Positions 26,855-35,984 of a stretch of DNA of 48,790 nt are shown in pieces (the stretch's first letter is position 1; each line of letters begins with the position of its first letter). The notes under the pieces are model-generated. The model made no database searches. It saw only the letters and a program-made list of their open reading frames with translations, and was not told the DNA's origin. Both the position numbers and the translations under genes were made by a program. Source of the DNA: Bdellovibrionia bacterium. GTDB taxonomy: Bacteria > Bdellovibrionota > UBA1018. The stretch covers positions 1-48,790 of the forward strand of contig JBJMMA010000171.1 of assembly GCA_045805065.1 (NCBI GenBank), written 5' to 3'.

Positions 26855-27259
26855 TCAATCGCCTTTTTGAAGGATCGACTGAAGCTTCAACAAATCAGTT
26901 TCAATAAGCTTTGCATCCTGATCAAAGCTTGAATCCGACATGCTCGGCAGACGATAAAGAGTAAAAATTACTTCACTCCCCTCCCCGTTTTTTACAACAC
27001 GAAAAGGATTATGATTCACGTCGCCGGAAGGAAGAGTCACATCGTGATCCATCACGCCAAATGGATTTGAGGGTGCGAACTTTACTCTGACCTGTCCCAT
27101 CGGGGAGTCGGCGATCCACTCGTCTCCAGAGCGTGTGATTGTTGAACGACTGAGCCCTGCAGCCCACTTCGGCAAGTTTTCTGGATCGGAAGCAAACTCA
27201 TAGACATCAGTAACTGAGCGTTGGATCGAGACACTGATTTGCTTTGCTGGATAGATCAT
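26855..27259 (-). CDS. SRPBCC (START-like) family protein
   Basis: ISVSI.R....VYEF..DPENLPKWA.G...N.FGV.DH.V pattern. Confidence 0.8.
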   Translation of the reverse strand: MIYPAKQISVSIQRSVTDVYEFASDPENLPKWAAGLSRSTITRSGDEWIADSPMGQVRVKFAPSNPFGVMDHDVTLPSGDVNHNPFRVVKNGEGSEVIFTLYRLPSMSDSSFDQDAKLIETDLLKLQSILQKGD

Positions 27260-27273
27260 AGAAAGCGTGAGGC

Positions 27274-28362
27274 CTACTCAGTAGCCTTAAGCTCAGTCCA
27301 GATCTTATCCCACTCACGCATCGAATCCCCCAAGTCCTGAAGCATCTCAAACTTGGAGAGATCCCTTTCAGACGGGAACATCGCGTGGTTGTTCAAAATC
27401 TCGGGAGGCAAGAGAGACATGGCAGCCTGGCTCGTTGGCGACACAAAAACAGTTTTCACTGTCATCGCAACGATCTTTGGCTCAAGCAGGAAATTGATCA
27501 GCTGATGCGCCTCATCGGCATGCTCAGCAGAGGCTGGAATGACGAGATTATCAATCCACCAAGTGCCCCCCTCCGCAGGGAGAATGTAATCGACCTGGCC
27601 ATTCATCTTCGAGCGAGCCTGCATTGAATCGCTCACATAAGCTTGCGTGACTGCAGCTTCGCCATTCGTCAAAGTCAGCAGGGACTCAGACGAATAAAGC
27701 TTCACGCGCTTACGCGTTGAGATCAGAAGCTTCTTCGCCTCTTCCAAATCCTTGGCATTTTTCGTGTTCAAGCTATGACCCTGAAACTTGAGAGCCGCAC
27801 CTATCACTTCACGAGCGTCATCCAGGAAAGCAATCTTTCCCGCCAGCTCAGGGCTTTCAAAAAGATCCTTCCAGCCTTTCACCTGGCCTTTATAAAGCTG
27901 GCGATTGACCGCGATCCCCGTCGTACCCCAATCAAACGGGAGTGAGAACTCATTGGTTGGATCGTAGGCCTTCTTCAAGAAACGAGGCTCGAGACTCTTG
28001 GCGTTCGGGATCTTTGCAGGATCCAACTTCTTCAAAAGCTTGAGCTGGATCATGCTCGTGACCATGTAATCGGATGGCACAACGACATCAAACCCTGCTC
28101 CACCCGCTTGCATCTTAGCCAAGAGCTCTTCGTTTGATGAATAGTTGGAGACAATGACTTTAATGCCGGAGGCTTTCTCAAACGCAGCCAGCATCTCTGG
28201 CGTCACGTAATTAGACCAAATGCCGAGATGGACTTCTTTTGAAACTTTCGCAGCGCTAGTCATTGATGTCGAGCTTTGGTCTGTCTTCTTTGTACAACCG
28301 GTCGAAACAACTAAAGTGCTGACAAGTGCGATCCCAACCAACGCGAGGCGAGCAAGCTTCAT
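27274..28362 (-). CDS. potD: Spermidine/putrescine ABC transporter substrate-binding lipoprotein (PotD/PotF family)
   Basis: Lipobox STGC; WSNY, YSSNEEL, DVVVPSDY, P.DWGTTGI, P.EG...WIDN. Confidence 0.85.
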   Translation of the reverse strand: MKLARLALVGIALVSTLVVSTGCTKKTDQSSTSMTSAAKVSKEVHLGIWSNYVTPEMLAAFEKASGIKVIVSNYSSNEELLAKMQAGGAGFDVVVPSDYMVTSMIQLKLLKKLDPAKIPNAKSLEPRFLKKAYDPTNEFSLPFDWGTTGIAVNRQLYKGQVKGWKDLFESPELAGKIAFLDDAREVIGAALKFQGHSLNTKNAKDLEEAKKLLISTRKRVKLYSSESLLTLTNGEAAVTQAYVSDSMQARSKMNGQVDYILPAEGGTWWIDNLVIPASAEHADEAHQLINFLLEPKIVAMTVKTVFVSPTSQAAMSLLPPEILNNHAMFPSERDLSKFEMLQDLGDSMREWDKIWTELKATE

Positions 28363-28371
28363 GAGCAATAG

Positions 28372-29658
28372 TTACGGCATGTAACGAAAGGTCACAAACA
28401 CTTTTTTGCCAGCCAGGACTTGAATCGTCTTATCCGGAGTTGGAGCACCGCCCCCCGGTAACGCGCGTACCCGATATGTGCCAGGCTCGACCGGAATTCT
28501 CAGAACTTGAAGATCATGTGGCAAAAGGTTCCAGGAGCGAAGATCCGCTTGATCGCTCGCATAGAGCGCCACTTTGGTCAAAAAACCCAAGAGCGGGCTA
28601 TTGGTTTTTTCAGCAACGGCATAACCCACCGCTTCTTTCGCGACAACTCCTGCAAGTTTACGCGCGACAATCCCAGCGTACTTTTCGTCGAGAGCTTCGA
28701 TCGAGGCTTTCTCGATATTATCGAGCATCGCGGAAGTTCCGACCTTCTTCCAATCAACCTGAGCAAACTGCGATGGAGCAACCTGAGCTGAAGCGATTTC
28801 AATATCGGCGCTCATCACAGGGTTGTGGCGCGGATAGAACTTCGGGATCGACGAAAAGTTTGGATGCGGCCTTTTGATCGGTGAGATCCCATTTTGATAG
28901 ACAACGATGATCTCGCCTAAACCAGAGCGAGGCGCGGACTTCTTGGCTGCCTCATGATCCGCCTTGGACAGATGAAACGCCTCGTCCCACTCGTCCATGG
29001 CATCGCTCATGTGCGAGAGCCAGGCGGTACGCCAGAGGTCTTTTCCAATCTCAGGAAAACCAGGCTGGATGCGATAGACTTCTTTGTAATCGATGTAAGC
29101 GTTATTGGCGTCCCCTTCTGCTTCATAAAGGATGCCGGACATGTAACGAGCAAACGCGCTGTACTCGTAGTTACGCTTGCCATCCGTCTTCATCAGATGA
29201 AGCTTGTGGTTCACTCGGCGCGCTTCAACGAGCGCATCCTCGGTATTGCCCAGCATCGCGTAATCAAGCGCGAGATAAGCGTTGATCAGGACCTTCTCAA
29301 AGTCCTCGCCTTTATAGTCTTTAATGTTGTCAGAAGTCAGGACCGTCGCGCTCTCAGTCGCAAGACTGGTGTAGTCCTTGATTTCCGCGATCTTGTCGGC
29401 CTTGAGAAAGGCTTTGATGCTCTCTTCGTATTTGCCGGCCGTGTTGTAAGCCAGGCCAATATCCAGAAGATAGAGCAAGGAATCGCGCGAGTCAGTGCCG
29501 TGCTCGTCTAAACCCTTTTGGAGACGAGTTGCCGCCGCTTCATATTGTCCCTGGCGAAAAAGCGAATCCGATTCATGATCGGACATTCTGGCTGAGGAGC
29601 ACCCGGTGAGTGCCCCCCAGGCCAGTGCAAATACTGCCAGCGCTGAAAGCGCCCGCAT
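28372..29658 (-). CDS. COG3014-like TPR lipoprotein
   Basis: Lipobox LTGC; Y.GEDFEKVLIN.Y.ALDY, ALVEARR, ADLRSW.LLP; adjacent to lpoB. Confidence 0.75.
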   Translation of the reverse strand: MRALSALAVFALAWGALTGCSSARMSDHESDSLFRQGQYEAAATRLQKGLDEHGTDSRDSLLYLLDIGLAYNTAGKYEESIKAFLKADKIAEIKDYTSLATESATVLTSDNIKDYKGEDFEKVLINAYLALDYAMLGNTEDALVEARRVNHKLHLMKTDGKRNYEYSAFARYMSGILYEAEGDANNAYIDYKEVYRIQPGFPEIGKDLWRTAWLSHMSDAMDEWDEAFHLSKADHEAAKKSAPRSGLGEIIVVYQNGISPIKRPHPNFSSIPKFYPRHNPVMSADIEIASAQVAPSQFAQVDWKKVGTSAMLDNIEKASIEALDEKYAGIVARKLAGVVAKEAVGYAVAEKTNSPLLGFLTKVALYASDQADLRSWNLLPHDLQVLRIPVEPGTYRVRALPGGGAPTPDKTIQVLAGKKVFVTFRYMP

Positions 29659-29660
29659 TC

Positions 29661-30269
29661 TTAGAATCCTACGCTTCTCTTACGGTATTTCTTACGAACT
29701 TGCTTCTCGGTCGTGCAATCAATCGTCGAGGTTTCCATGTTCGTCATGTTCACCGTGAGCTTGTAATAGATGAACTTGGTATTTCCGACTTCCTGCACGT
29801 TCGTGGCAAGTGCGCCGCTCAGGACATAATCCGCGCCGATCTGCTTGCCCTTCTTCTTGGCGGTGACCTGATTCACAGCGCCGCCTTCTTTGTTGTACTC
29901 GTACTCGGCGTCGAGGGTTCCACGCTCTTCCTTATTGATGAAGCGGACCTTGCCGGTGTTGATGAGCGACGTGCGGATCATATCAGTCATCGAAACCGTA
30001 TCGATATGCTCTTCTGTGCGGTTCTGCACTTTCTCAACAATCACAACCGGAGGCTTAGGTGCGTTTGCAACCCAAGGGCAAGCGGCCATGGCTTTGATCG
30101 CAGTGTCTGCCATTTGCTGCATGTCGGCTTCATTGAACTTATCGTCCAACAATTCAACACGGGTTGGATCATCGTATTCACCTTTAGTGAATGCTTTTGG
30201 ACCGCAACCTGATGCGAGCAGGCTCACCAGACATGCTGCCCCGCCTAAGAACAAAAGATTCGAACGCAT
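29661..30269 (-). CDS. lpoB: Penicillin-binding protein activator LpoB-family lipoprotein
   Basis: Lipobox ASGC; NRTEEHIDT, L..TGKVRF, GKQIGADY.L.G, YYKLT. Confidence 0.8.
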   Translation of the reverse strand: MRSNLLFLGGAACLVSLLASGCGPKAFTKGEYDDPTRVELLDDKFNEADMQQMADTAIKAMAACPWVANAPKPPVVIVEKVQNRTEEHIDTVSMTDMIRTSLINTGKVRFINKEERGTLDAEYEYNKEGGAVNQVTAKKKGKQIGADYVLSGALATNVQEVGNTKFIYYKLTVNMTNMETSTIDCTTEKQVRKKYRKRSVGF

Positions 30270-30497
30270 AGCGATATCCTTTCAAAAATAGCTGATCCCA
30301 TCAGTGTTATGGACGAGCGCAATAAAAGCAAGGGGGTGAAGGACTTAACGCGCTCAGTCGCGGCGGACATCTATAAAATATCAGGCGCTTAGCTGGCGGC
30401 GCGCATAGCTCTTTGGAGCGGCCTTTGTTAAATAAGAAGCAGCAATCAACTCAGATTGAAACGAGCACACAGATATGGTGTTCTCACTAAACCCCAC

Positions 30498-31499
30498 ATG
30501 GCTTCCCATATGGCTTCAACACCAGCTCATGCGACCACCACGATTCATTCGATCGTCAGGCGTAACCTTGTTTTCGTTCATGGCAAAGGAGGCGTGGGAA
30601 AATCCTCCGTCTCCGAAGCGATTGCATGGGCGCTTGCAGAGGATGGCGCAAGAACTCTTCTGGTCGAATTTGAAGACCCAACACGCGAGCCGGGTGAACT
30701 GAAAAGCTTAGGCCCGAAAATCTGGCACCTCAACGCGGATGCGTCCATTGCCTTTGAGGAATATTCCGAACTCAAAATCGATAAGCTCTCACACGGTATC
30801 TTGAGTGGCTTAGGCGGCTTGGGATCATTTGGCCAGAAGAGCATGACCAAGCTCTTCACGCAGAATAAGCTCATTAAATACCTCGCGAAAGCTGCCCCTG
30901 GCATTCACGAGCTCGTGCTCTTAGGCAAAGTCTGGCATGAGCGAAACAACTACGATCATGTGATCGTGGATTTGCCATCGACCGGCTATGGACTTGCAAT
31001 GTTTCAAAGCACGGCAAATTTTGCGAAGCTTTTCGGCGGCGGCCCGATCTCTTATGATGCGGAGGCCATGCTTGCGACGTTTCGCGATTCTTCTCAGACC
31101 GGAAATCTGATCATCGCGCTTCCTGAAGAAATGCCTTTGCGTGAAGCGATCGATCTCAACGGTTATCTGAAAGATCTATTCCCATCCAACCCCGCGGCCT
31201 TTTTAGTCAACCGTCGGTTTCCCGATGGTAAAATCCAGGCTGCAGCCAACAACGACTCGTTATCTGACACTCCCAACGAGTGGTCCTCCCCTTACGCTTC
31301 ATCGGCCATTGATTACATCGATCGCAGGCGCAAGCTCGAGTCGCATAATCTGAAGCTCTGGTCTCAATCAGGAATCACTTATGGGGAGCTCGACTATTTA
31401 CCGCCTGATCACTTGAAGCATCACAAAGGACACAAGGCGGAGCAATTGGGACTGACTCGTCGTCTCTCTCAACAAATGCATCAGCGGGGCTACGTATGA
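30498..31499 (+). CDS. ArsA/Get3-family ATPase, first of a tandem pair
   Basis: GKGGVGKS deviant Walker A; APGIHEL; VDLPSTG; LPEEMP. Start uncertain (30456-30510). Confidence 0.85.
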   Translation: MASHMASTPAHATTTIHSIVRRNLVFVHGKGGVGKSSVSEAIAWALAEDGARTLLVEFEDPTREPGELKSLGPKIWHLNADASIAFEEYSELKIDKLSHGILSGLGGLGSFGQKSMTKLFTQNKLIKYLAKAAPGIHELVLLGKVWHERNNYDHVIVDLPSTGYGLAMFQSTANFAKLFGGGPISYDAEAMLATFRDSSQTGNLIIALPEEMPLREAIDLNGYLKDLFPSNPAAFLVNRRFPDGKIQAAANNDSLSDTPNEWSSPYASSAIDYIDRRRKLESHNLKLWSQSGITYGELDYLPPDHLKHHKGHKAEQLGLTRRLSQQMHQRGYV

Positions 31500-32563
31500 G
31501 CCACTCACTCGACGCCGTATTCACAAAACGCAGAATCATCATTACCTGCGGAACTGGCGGCGTGGGAAAGACCACTCTGAGCGCAGCAATGGCAGTGCGC
31601 GCAGCCCTCTCAGGCAAACGCACCGTCGTCATCACGATCGACCCCGCAAAGCGCCTGGCCACATCCTTAGGTCTTGAGAAACTCGGCGATCAGCCGACGG
31701 ATCTGACAGAAGCTTTGCGCGAAGCCTGCCGCCGCGTCGCGCCTGAGCACGCAAACTTCACGGGCAAGCTTGAAGCCATTGTCCCGGACACCAAGCATAC
31801 GTTTGAGACTTTTGTCCGAAGCATCGCCTCCTCGGACGCAAACGCTGAGCGCGTGCTTCGCAATCCGATTTTTCAGGTCTTTGCCAAGGAATTCTCCGGA
31901 ACCAACGAGTACATGGCGCTTGAGCGCCTCTACTCGCTGGCAACGGATGAGGATTACGATTGCATCGTTCTGGATACGCCTCCCAGCCGCAACACACTCG
32001 CATTTCTGGATGCGCCAGGTTTGCTAGCCAGACTCTTTGAGGAGAAGCTCATTCGCTGGCTCACCATTCCTGCCAATAAGATTGTTGCCGCCGGCATGAA
32101 GAAAGCGATGGGAGTTCTCGAGCGTCTCACAGGTTCTGGCTTTATGACCAACCTCGTGGATTTCTCGAGCGCCCTTTTTGAGATGCAGGCCAAGTTCGCC
32201 GGCAACCTGAGAAAGGTCATGGAGCTTCTCCGCTCTGACCAGGTCGGCGCGCTCATGGTGACCACCGCAAACCCTGAAGCTGCCCCTGAGATTCAGCACT
32301 TCATTGAAACTTTGAAGTCTCGGGGAATGAACTTTGAGGGTGTCGCCGTTAACCGAATGCTCAGCCCATTGGGTGAAGCCAAGGCCGGCGCTGCTTCAGA
32401 CGAAGCCCTGACCCTGATTGAGTCATTGCAGGCTCGTGAGAGAGCCATTATTGATCAGATCTGTTCTTCTGAGCTTCCTGTTTGTGTAAAACTTCCAGAA
32501 CTTGCTCGAGACGTTCATTCCGTGGAGGACCTGCTTTATGTCGCATTGGCACTTGCGGCCTGA
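31496..32563 (+). CDS. ArsA/Get3-family ATPase, second of the pair
   Basis: GTGGVGKTT; TIDPAKRLA; GTNEYMA; VLDTPP; ATGA overlap with the upstream gene. Confidence 0.88.
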   Translation: MSHSLDAVFTKRRIIITCGTGGVGKTTLSAAMAVRAALSGKRTVVITIDPAKRLATSLGLEKLGDQPTDLTEALREACRRVAPEHANFTGKLEAIVPDTKHTFETFVRSIASSDANAERVLRNPIFQVFAKEFSGTNEYMALERLYSLATDEDYDCIVLDTPPSRNTLAFLDAPGLLARLFEEKLIRWLTIPANKIVAAGMKKAMGVLERLTGSGFMTNLVDFSSALFEMQAKFAGNLRKVMELLRSDQVGALMVTTANPEAAPEIQHFIETLKSRGMNFEGVAVNRMLSPLGEAKAGAASDEALTLIESLQARERAIIDQICSSELPVCVKLPELARDVHSVEDLLYVALALAA

Positions 32564-33575
32564 ATCGTTTTTTTACAAGGCTGCAACCCTGGCTCTGTTG
32601 GCAAGCAGTATTCCCTGCTCTGCGTTTGCCGCAGACTCAAGCCTCGGCCCAGTCTCCGAAGCAGAGAGCGCGATTCTCTGGAAAGATTCCCAGAAATACT
32701 ACAAAACCGAAGACTGCGAAAACGCGCTCTCGCGCTTGAAGCGTCTGGTGGATCGATATCCAGGTTACCCAAGCGCTGAAGATTATCGGAAAGCCCGCTT
32801 TGAGCTTGGACACTGCTATTACGAGCAAAAGCAGGACGGCGAAGCCATCAAGACTCTCAAGACCTATCTTGAAGGTCCCGGTGATCATCCGGATGCCGAA
32901 CGGGCTCGGGAGATGATCGGGCTTGCGCAGCTTCGCACAAAGAAGCTTCATGAGGCGTATCTCACTTCTGAAGAGCTTCAGAAGTCGGAATCGTTGGAGA
33001 CTCAAGCCAAAGCGCTTCTTCTTCGTTCTCAAGTCTGGATCGCAAGAAATCAAAATGGCAAAGCCAAGGCATCGACTGTATCCGCGCTCGCACTTGCGGA
33101 TCAATCGCAGTCCAAACCGCTTCTGGCTCAAGCACGCACTCAGGAATTTGAGATCCTGACTCGCGAATGCGCGCTTCCTTCCGCTAAAAAGAGCGCAAAA
33201 GACGAGGCCCGTGTTCGGAAAGATATGGAGACTCGCGGCACCTGCCTGACCGAAGCCTTGATTCAGTTCCGTAAAGCTCTGGCGCCCGAGCATACTGCCT
33301 CTGCCGAACGCGCGACTTTGATTGCAACTCAAGCCTTCAAGGACTATCGCCGAGCTTGCGAAAACCCACCTAACCCCCCAAAGCTTCAGCCAAAAGATCG
33401 CACGGCTGAACAATTGAAAAGCTACAAAGTCGAACTTGCCGACCATTTGACTCAGATTTACGAGACACATCGCAAAGCTGCCCTGCAAATGATAAGTAAT
33501 TGGAAACAAGAAAACCCGCCGCCGTCCGAGTTTGTCCAAAGACGCCTGCAAATCCTCGAGGAATCCCTCAAATGA
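32538..33575 (+). CDS. Exported TPR-repeat protein (BamD/YfiO-like N-terminus)
   Basis: Signal ending SAFA; LVDRYPG...ARFELGHCYY TPR; GGAGGA RBS. Confidence 0.65.
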   Translation: MSHWHLRPESFFYKAATLALLASSIPCSAFAADSSLGPVSEAESAILWKDSQKYYKTEDCENALSRLKRLVDRYPGYPSAEDYRKARFELGHCYYEQKQDGEAIKTLKTYLEGPGDHPDAERAREMIGLAQLRTKKLHEAYLTSEELQKSESLETQAKALLLRSQVWIARNQNGKAKASTVSALALADQSQSKPLLAQARTQEFEILTRECALPSAKKSAKDEARVRKDMETRGTCLTEALIQFRKALAPEHTASAERATLIATQAFKDYRRACENPPNPPKLQPKDRTAEQLKSYKVELADHLTQIYETHRKAALQMISNWKQENPPPSEFVQRRLQILEESLK

Positions 33576-34879
33576 TTTCGAAAACAAAGAAACTGCTCGC
33601 CACTCGCATTCAAAAGAATCGCAGAGCTCTTTGGGATTGGCACTTGGCGCATGCAAGGCAAGCTCCTCCCCCATTCTATTGCTCAATCGACCTTCGCGAC
33701 TCGGGTCACAAGATCGTTCCTGTGGATAGTAATCTTTATCCGGCGGGCTTTAACAATATCTGTCCGGAAGATCTTCGTGCCGCACCTCCTGTGATTCGCG
33801 CTCAAATTGACAGCACGCTAAGTCGCTTGGGGCATACGGATGCAAAGCGCGTTCTGATCATTCCTGAATCCCATACGTCCAACACTTACTATATCGAGAA
33901 TCTGTATTACCTCGTTCAGGTCATCACGAACGCTGGCTACGATGTCAAAGTAGGCTGGTATGGTCCGGTTCCGGAAGGAACGGCAGGCGCTCTTCAGCTT
34001 CGCTCGGCAACCGATAAGCTCGTGGAAGCCTGGCCAATCCGCATCGAAGGCGGAAAAATCTCGGTTGATGGTTTTGTTCCTGACCTGGTGGTTCTGAACA
34101 ATGACTTCTCCGGCGGTTATCCAATTCCTTTGGACGAAGTAGGACAACCCATTGTTCCATCGCACACCCTGGGATGGCATACGCGCAAAAAGAGCGAGCA
34201 CTTCGTTCATTACAATGCGCTTGCCGCTGAATTTGCCAAGATCATCGATATCGATCCTTGGATCATTCAGATCGATTCTCAGGAAGTCGATCGCGTGAAC
34301 TTCAATGAAGAGCAAGGCATTGATCAAGTGGCAGAAGTCACTCGCGGCGTGCTCGAGCGCACGCAGGCTGCCTACACTCGCCACGGAATTGATCAAAAGC
34401 CATTTGCCTTTATCAAGAACAACTCCGGCACCTACGGCATGGGAATCATGGTCGTTCACTCGGCTGAAGAAGTCCTGGCCATGAATCGCCGCACAAAGAA
34501 CAAAATGAGCGTTGGCAAAAACCGCCAGCAAATCCAAAGCGTGGTGATCCAAGAGGGCGTTCCAACGGCAACTCTCGTGGATCGCCTGGCCGCAGAGCCT
34601 GTCATCTATCTTTGCGGAACGGAGCTCATCGGCGGATTCCTTCGCACGAACAGCGAAAAGAACGTCGAAGAGAACTTGAACTCGCAAGGCATGGTCTTTA
34701 GAAAACTTTGCATGTCCGACCTCAGAAACCCTGATACGGAAACTGACGAGGACTTGAAGGAAGAGCCGATCCTGGAGCTGGTTTACGGCTCCATCGCCCG
34801 CATCTCAGCCCTAGCGACTGGACGCGAGCTTTTGGCTCACAAGGAAAAACTCAGCGAACGCATGCCTTCTACGGTTTAA
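33572..34879 (+). CDS. gshA: Glutamate--cysteine ligase (ATP-grasp GshA type)
   Basis: PFYCSIDLRDSG.K..PVD.NL.P.GFNN, IPE.HT.N..Y, LNND.S.G, GWH.R.KS.HF, GTYGMGI, QEGV, AEPV.Y, ENLNS.GM. Confidence 0.88.
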   Translation: MISKTKKLLATRIQKNRRALWDWHLAHARQAPPPFYCSIDLRDSGHKIVPVDSNLYPAGFNNICPEDLRAAPPVIRAQIDSTLSRLGHTDAKRVLIIPESHTSNTYYIENLYYLVQVITNAGYDVKVGWYGPVPEGTAGALQLRSATDKLVEAWPIRIEGGKISVDGFVPDLVVLNNDFSGGYPIPLDEVGQPIVPSHTLGWHTRKKSEHFVHYNALAAEFAKIIDIDPWIIQIDSQEVDRVNFNEEQGIDQVAEVTRGVLERTQAAYTRHGIDQKPFAFIKNNSGTYGMGIMVVHSAEEVLAMNRRTKNKMSVGKNRQQIQSVVIQEGVPTATLVDRLAAEPVIYLCGTELIGGFLRTNSEKNVEENLNSQGMVFRKLCMSDLRNPDTETDEDLKEEPILELVYGSIARISALATGRELLAHKEKLSERMPSTV

Positions 34880-34888
34880 GACAACCGT

Positions 34889-35626
34889 TTAAGCCCTCAG
34901 AGCATCAACGATAGCGGCCTGAACCTTCGCGTTCTCTTCAGGAGTGCGAAGCTTCGCCTTATGAAAGTTGAAATCGCTGAGATCCTGGGTTGGGATCAAG
35001 TGCACATGCACGTGCGGCACTTCCCAGCCTGCGATGACCATACCTACGCGTCCGCAGCCCGTGGCTTTTTGAATCGCCTTGGACAGCAGCTTGGCATTTC
35101 TGAAAACGGCCGAATAGACAGGCTCCGGCACATCTGCAAAGTGATTCACTTCAAGCTTTGGCACGACAAGCGTATGACCCAGCTGAATCGGTTCGCGCGT
35201 CAGAAGCGAATAGGTCCATTCGTCTTCATGAACTTTGTAACTTGGAAGCTCGCCACGCATGATCTTTGAAAAAATCGAAACGCCTGCGCGCGCTGGCAGT
35301 GCAAATCCTTCGCCGCCGAATTCCTGAAATGGGATCGCTTCAATCACCGCATCCGTATTGAGGGGGCCATACAGATGCGGGAAACCCTCACCGCCACGAG
35401 ATGGCTCGACTTTCAGTTGCGACTTGAGCTTGCTCTCATCCACTCTCAGCAAAACAAGATCCCTCTCACCGCGATAATGCTTGTTCGCGCTCTCCACAGC
35501 TTGATGAGGATAGGAAAAATGAATGAACTTCTCTGACGTAAGCGATGGGGCAACGAGTTCCCCTTTGGCTTGCGCTTTTTCCCAATCCGATTTCTTTGCG
35601 ATGTGAAGAATGAAAGGTGCTTTCAT
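34889..35626 (-). CDS. DUF952-HIT family fusion protein
   Basis: N-half ILHI....W...SL..E.FIHFS..Q...FPHLYGPLN (DUF952); C-half SIFSKI.RGE.P, GHTLVVPK, EVPHVHVHLIP (HIT triad). Confidence 0.85.
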   Translation of the reverse strand: MKAPFILHIAKKSDWEKAQAKGELVAPSLTSEKFIHFSYPHQAVESANKHYRGERDLVLLRVDESKLKSQLKVEPSRGGEGFPHLYGPLNTDAVIEAIPFQEFGGEGFALPARAGVSIFSKIMRGELPSYKVHEDEWTYSLLTREPIQLGHTLVVPKLEVNHFADVPEPVYSAVFRNAKLLSKAIQKATGCGRVGMVIAGWEVPHVHVHLIPTQDLSDFNFHKAKLRTPEENAKVQAAIVDALRA

Positions 35627-35657
35627 GAGGATCTCCAGTTTGGATTTACCAGGCTAT

Positions 35658-35906
35658 TCAGTAAGGACAAGCCGAAATATCACCCGAGCAAGATCCGGGA
35701 CAGCCCGAGCTCGGGCTGCAGCAATTGCTTGCAGAGCCACAAGAGGCACCATTAGAAGCGCAGTAACATAAGTCTAAGATTCCCGTGGGCAAACTGCACA
35801 GGACATCAGCAAAGATAGCGTTACAAGCCCCAGCGTTTACTTTGTCGTAAGACAGCGTAGTCATTAAAAATGAAACCGCCATGATGATAGCAAGAGCAAC
35901 CCTCAT
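35658..35906 (-). CDS. Small secreted Cys-rich protein (10 Cys, knottin-like spacing)
   Basis: Signal MRVALAIIMAVSFLMTTLSYDKVNA; mature part includes C-x6-C-x5-CC-x5-C-x3-C-x6-C. Confidence 0.6.
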   Translation of the reverse strand: MRVALAIIMAVSFLMTTLSYDKVNAGACNAIFADVLCSLPTGILDLCYCASNGASCGSASNCCSPSSGCPGSCSGDISACPY

Positions 35907-35984
35907 GCGTTTTAGTATATGAAGAATACTTCTCAAGTTAAAGTTTAAAAGTTGCGACTCAAGATCAGGCAAAAATAGCAGCGA

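Noticed and set aside
30498..32563. Arsenic resistance operon
   Set aside because: No arsB/acr3, arsC, arsR or arsD nearby; arrangement fits the non-arsenic tandem ArsA-like class.
32637..34687. Long antisense ORFs 32637..33686 and 33818..34687
   Set aside because: Opposite well-supported, translationally coupled plus-strand genes; no motifs.
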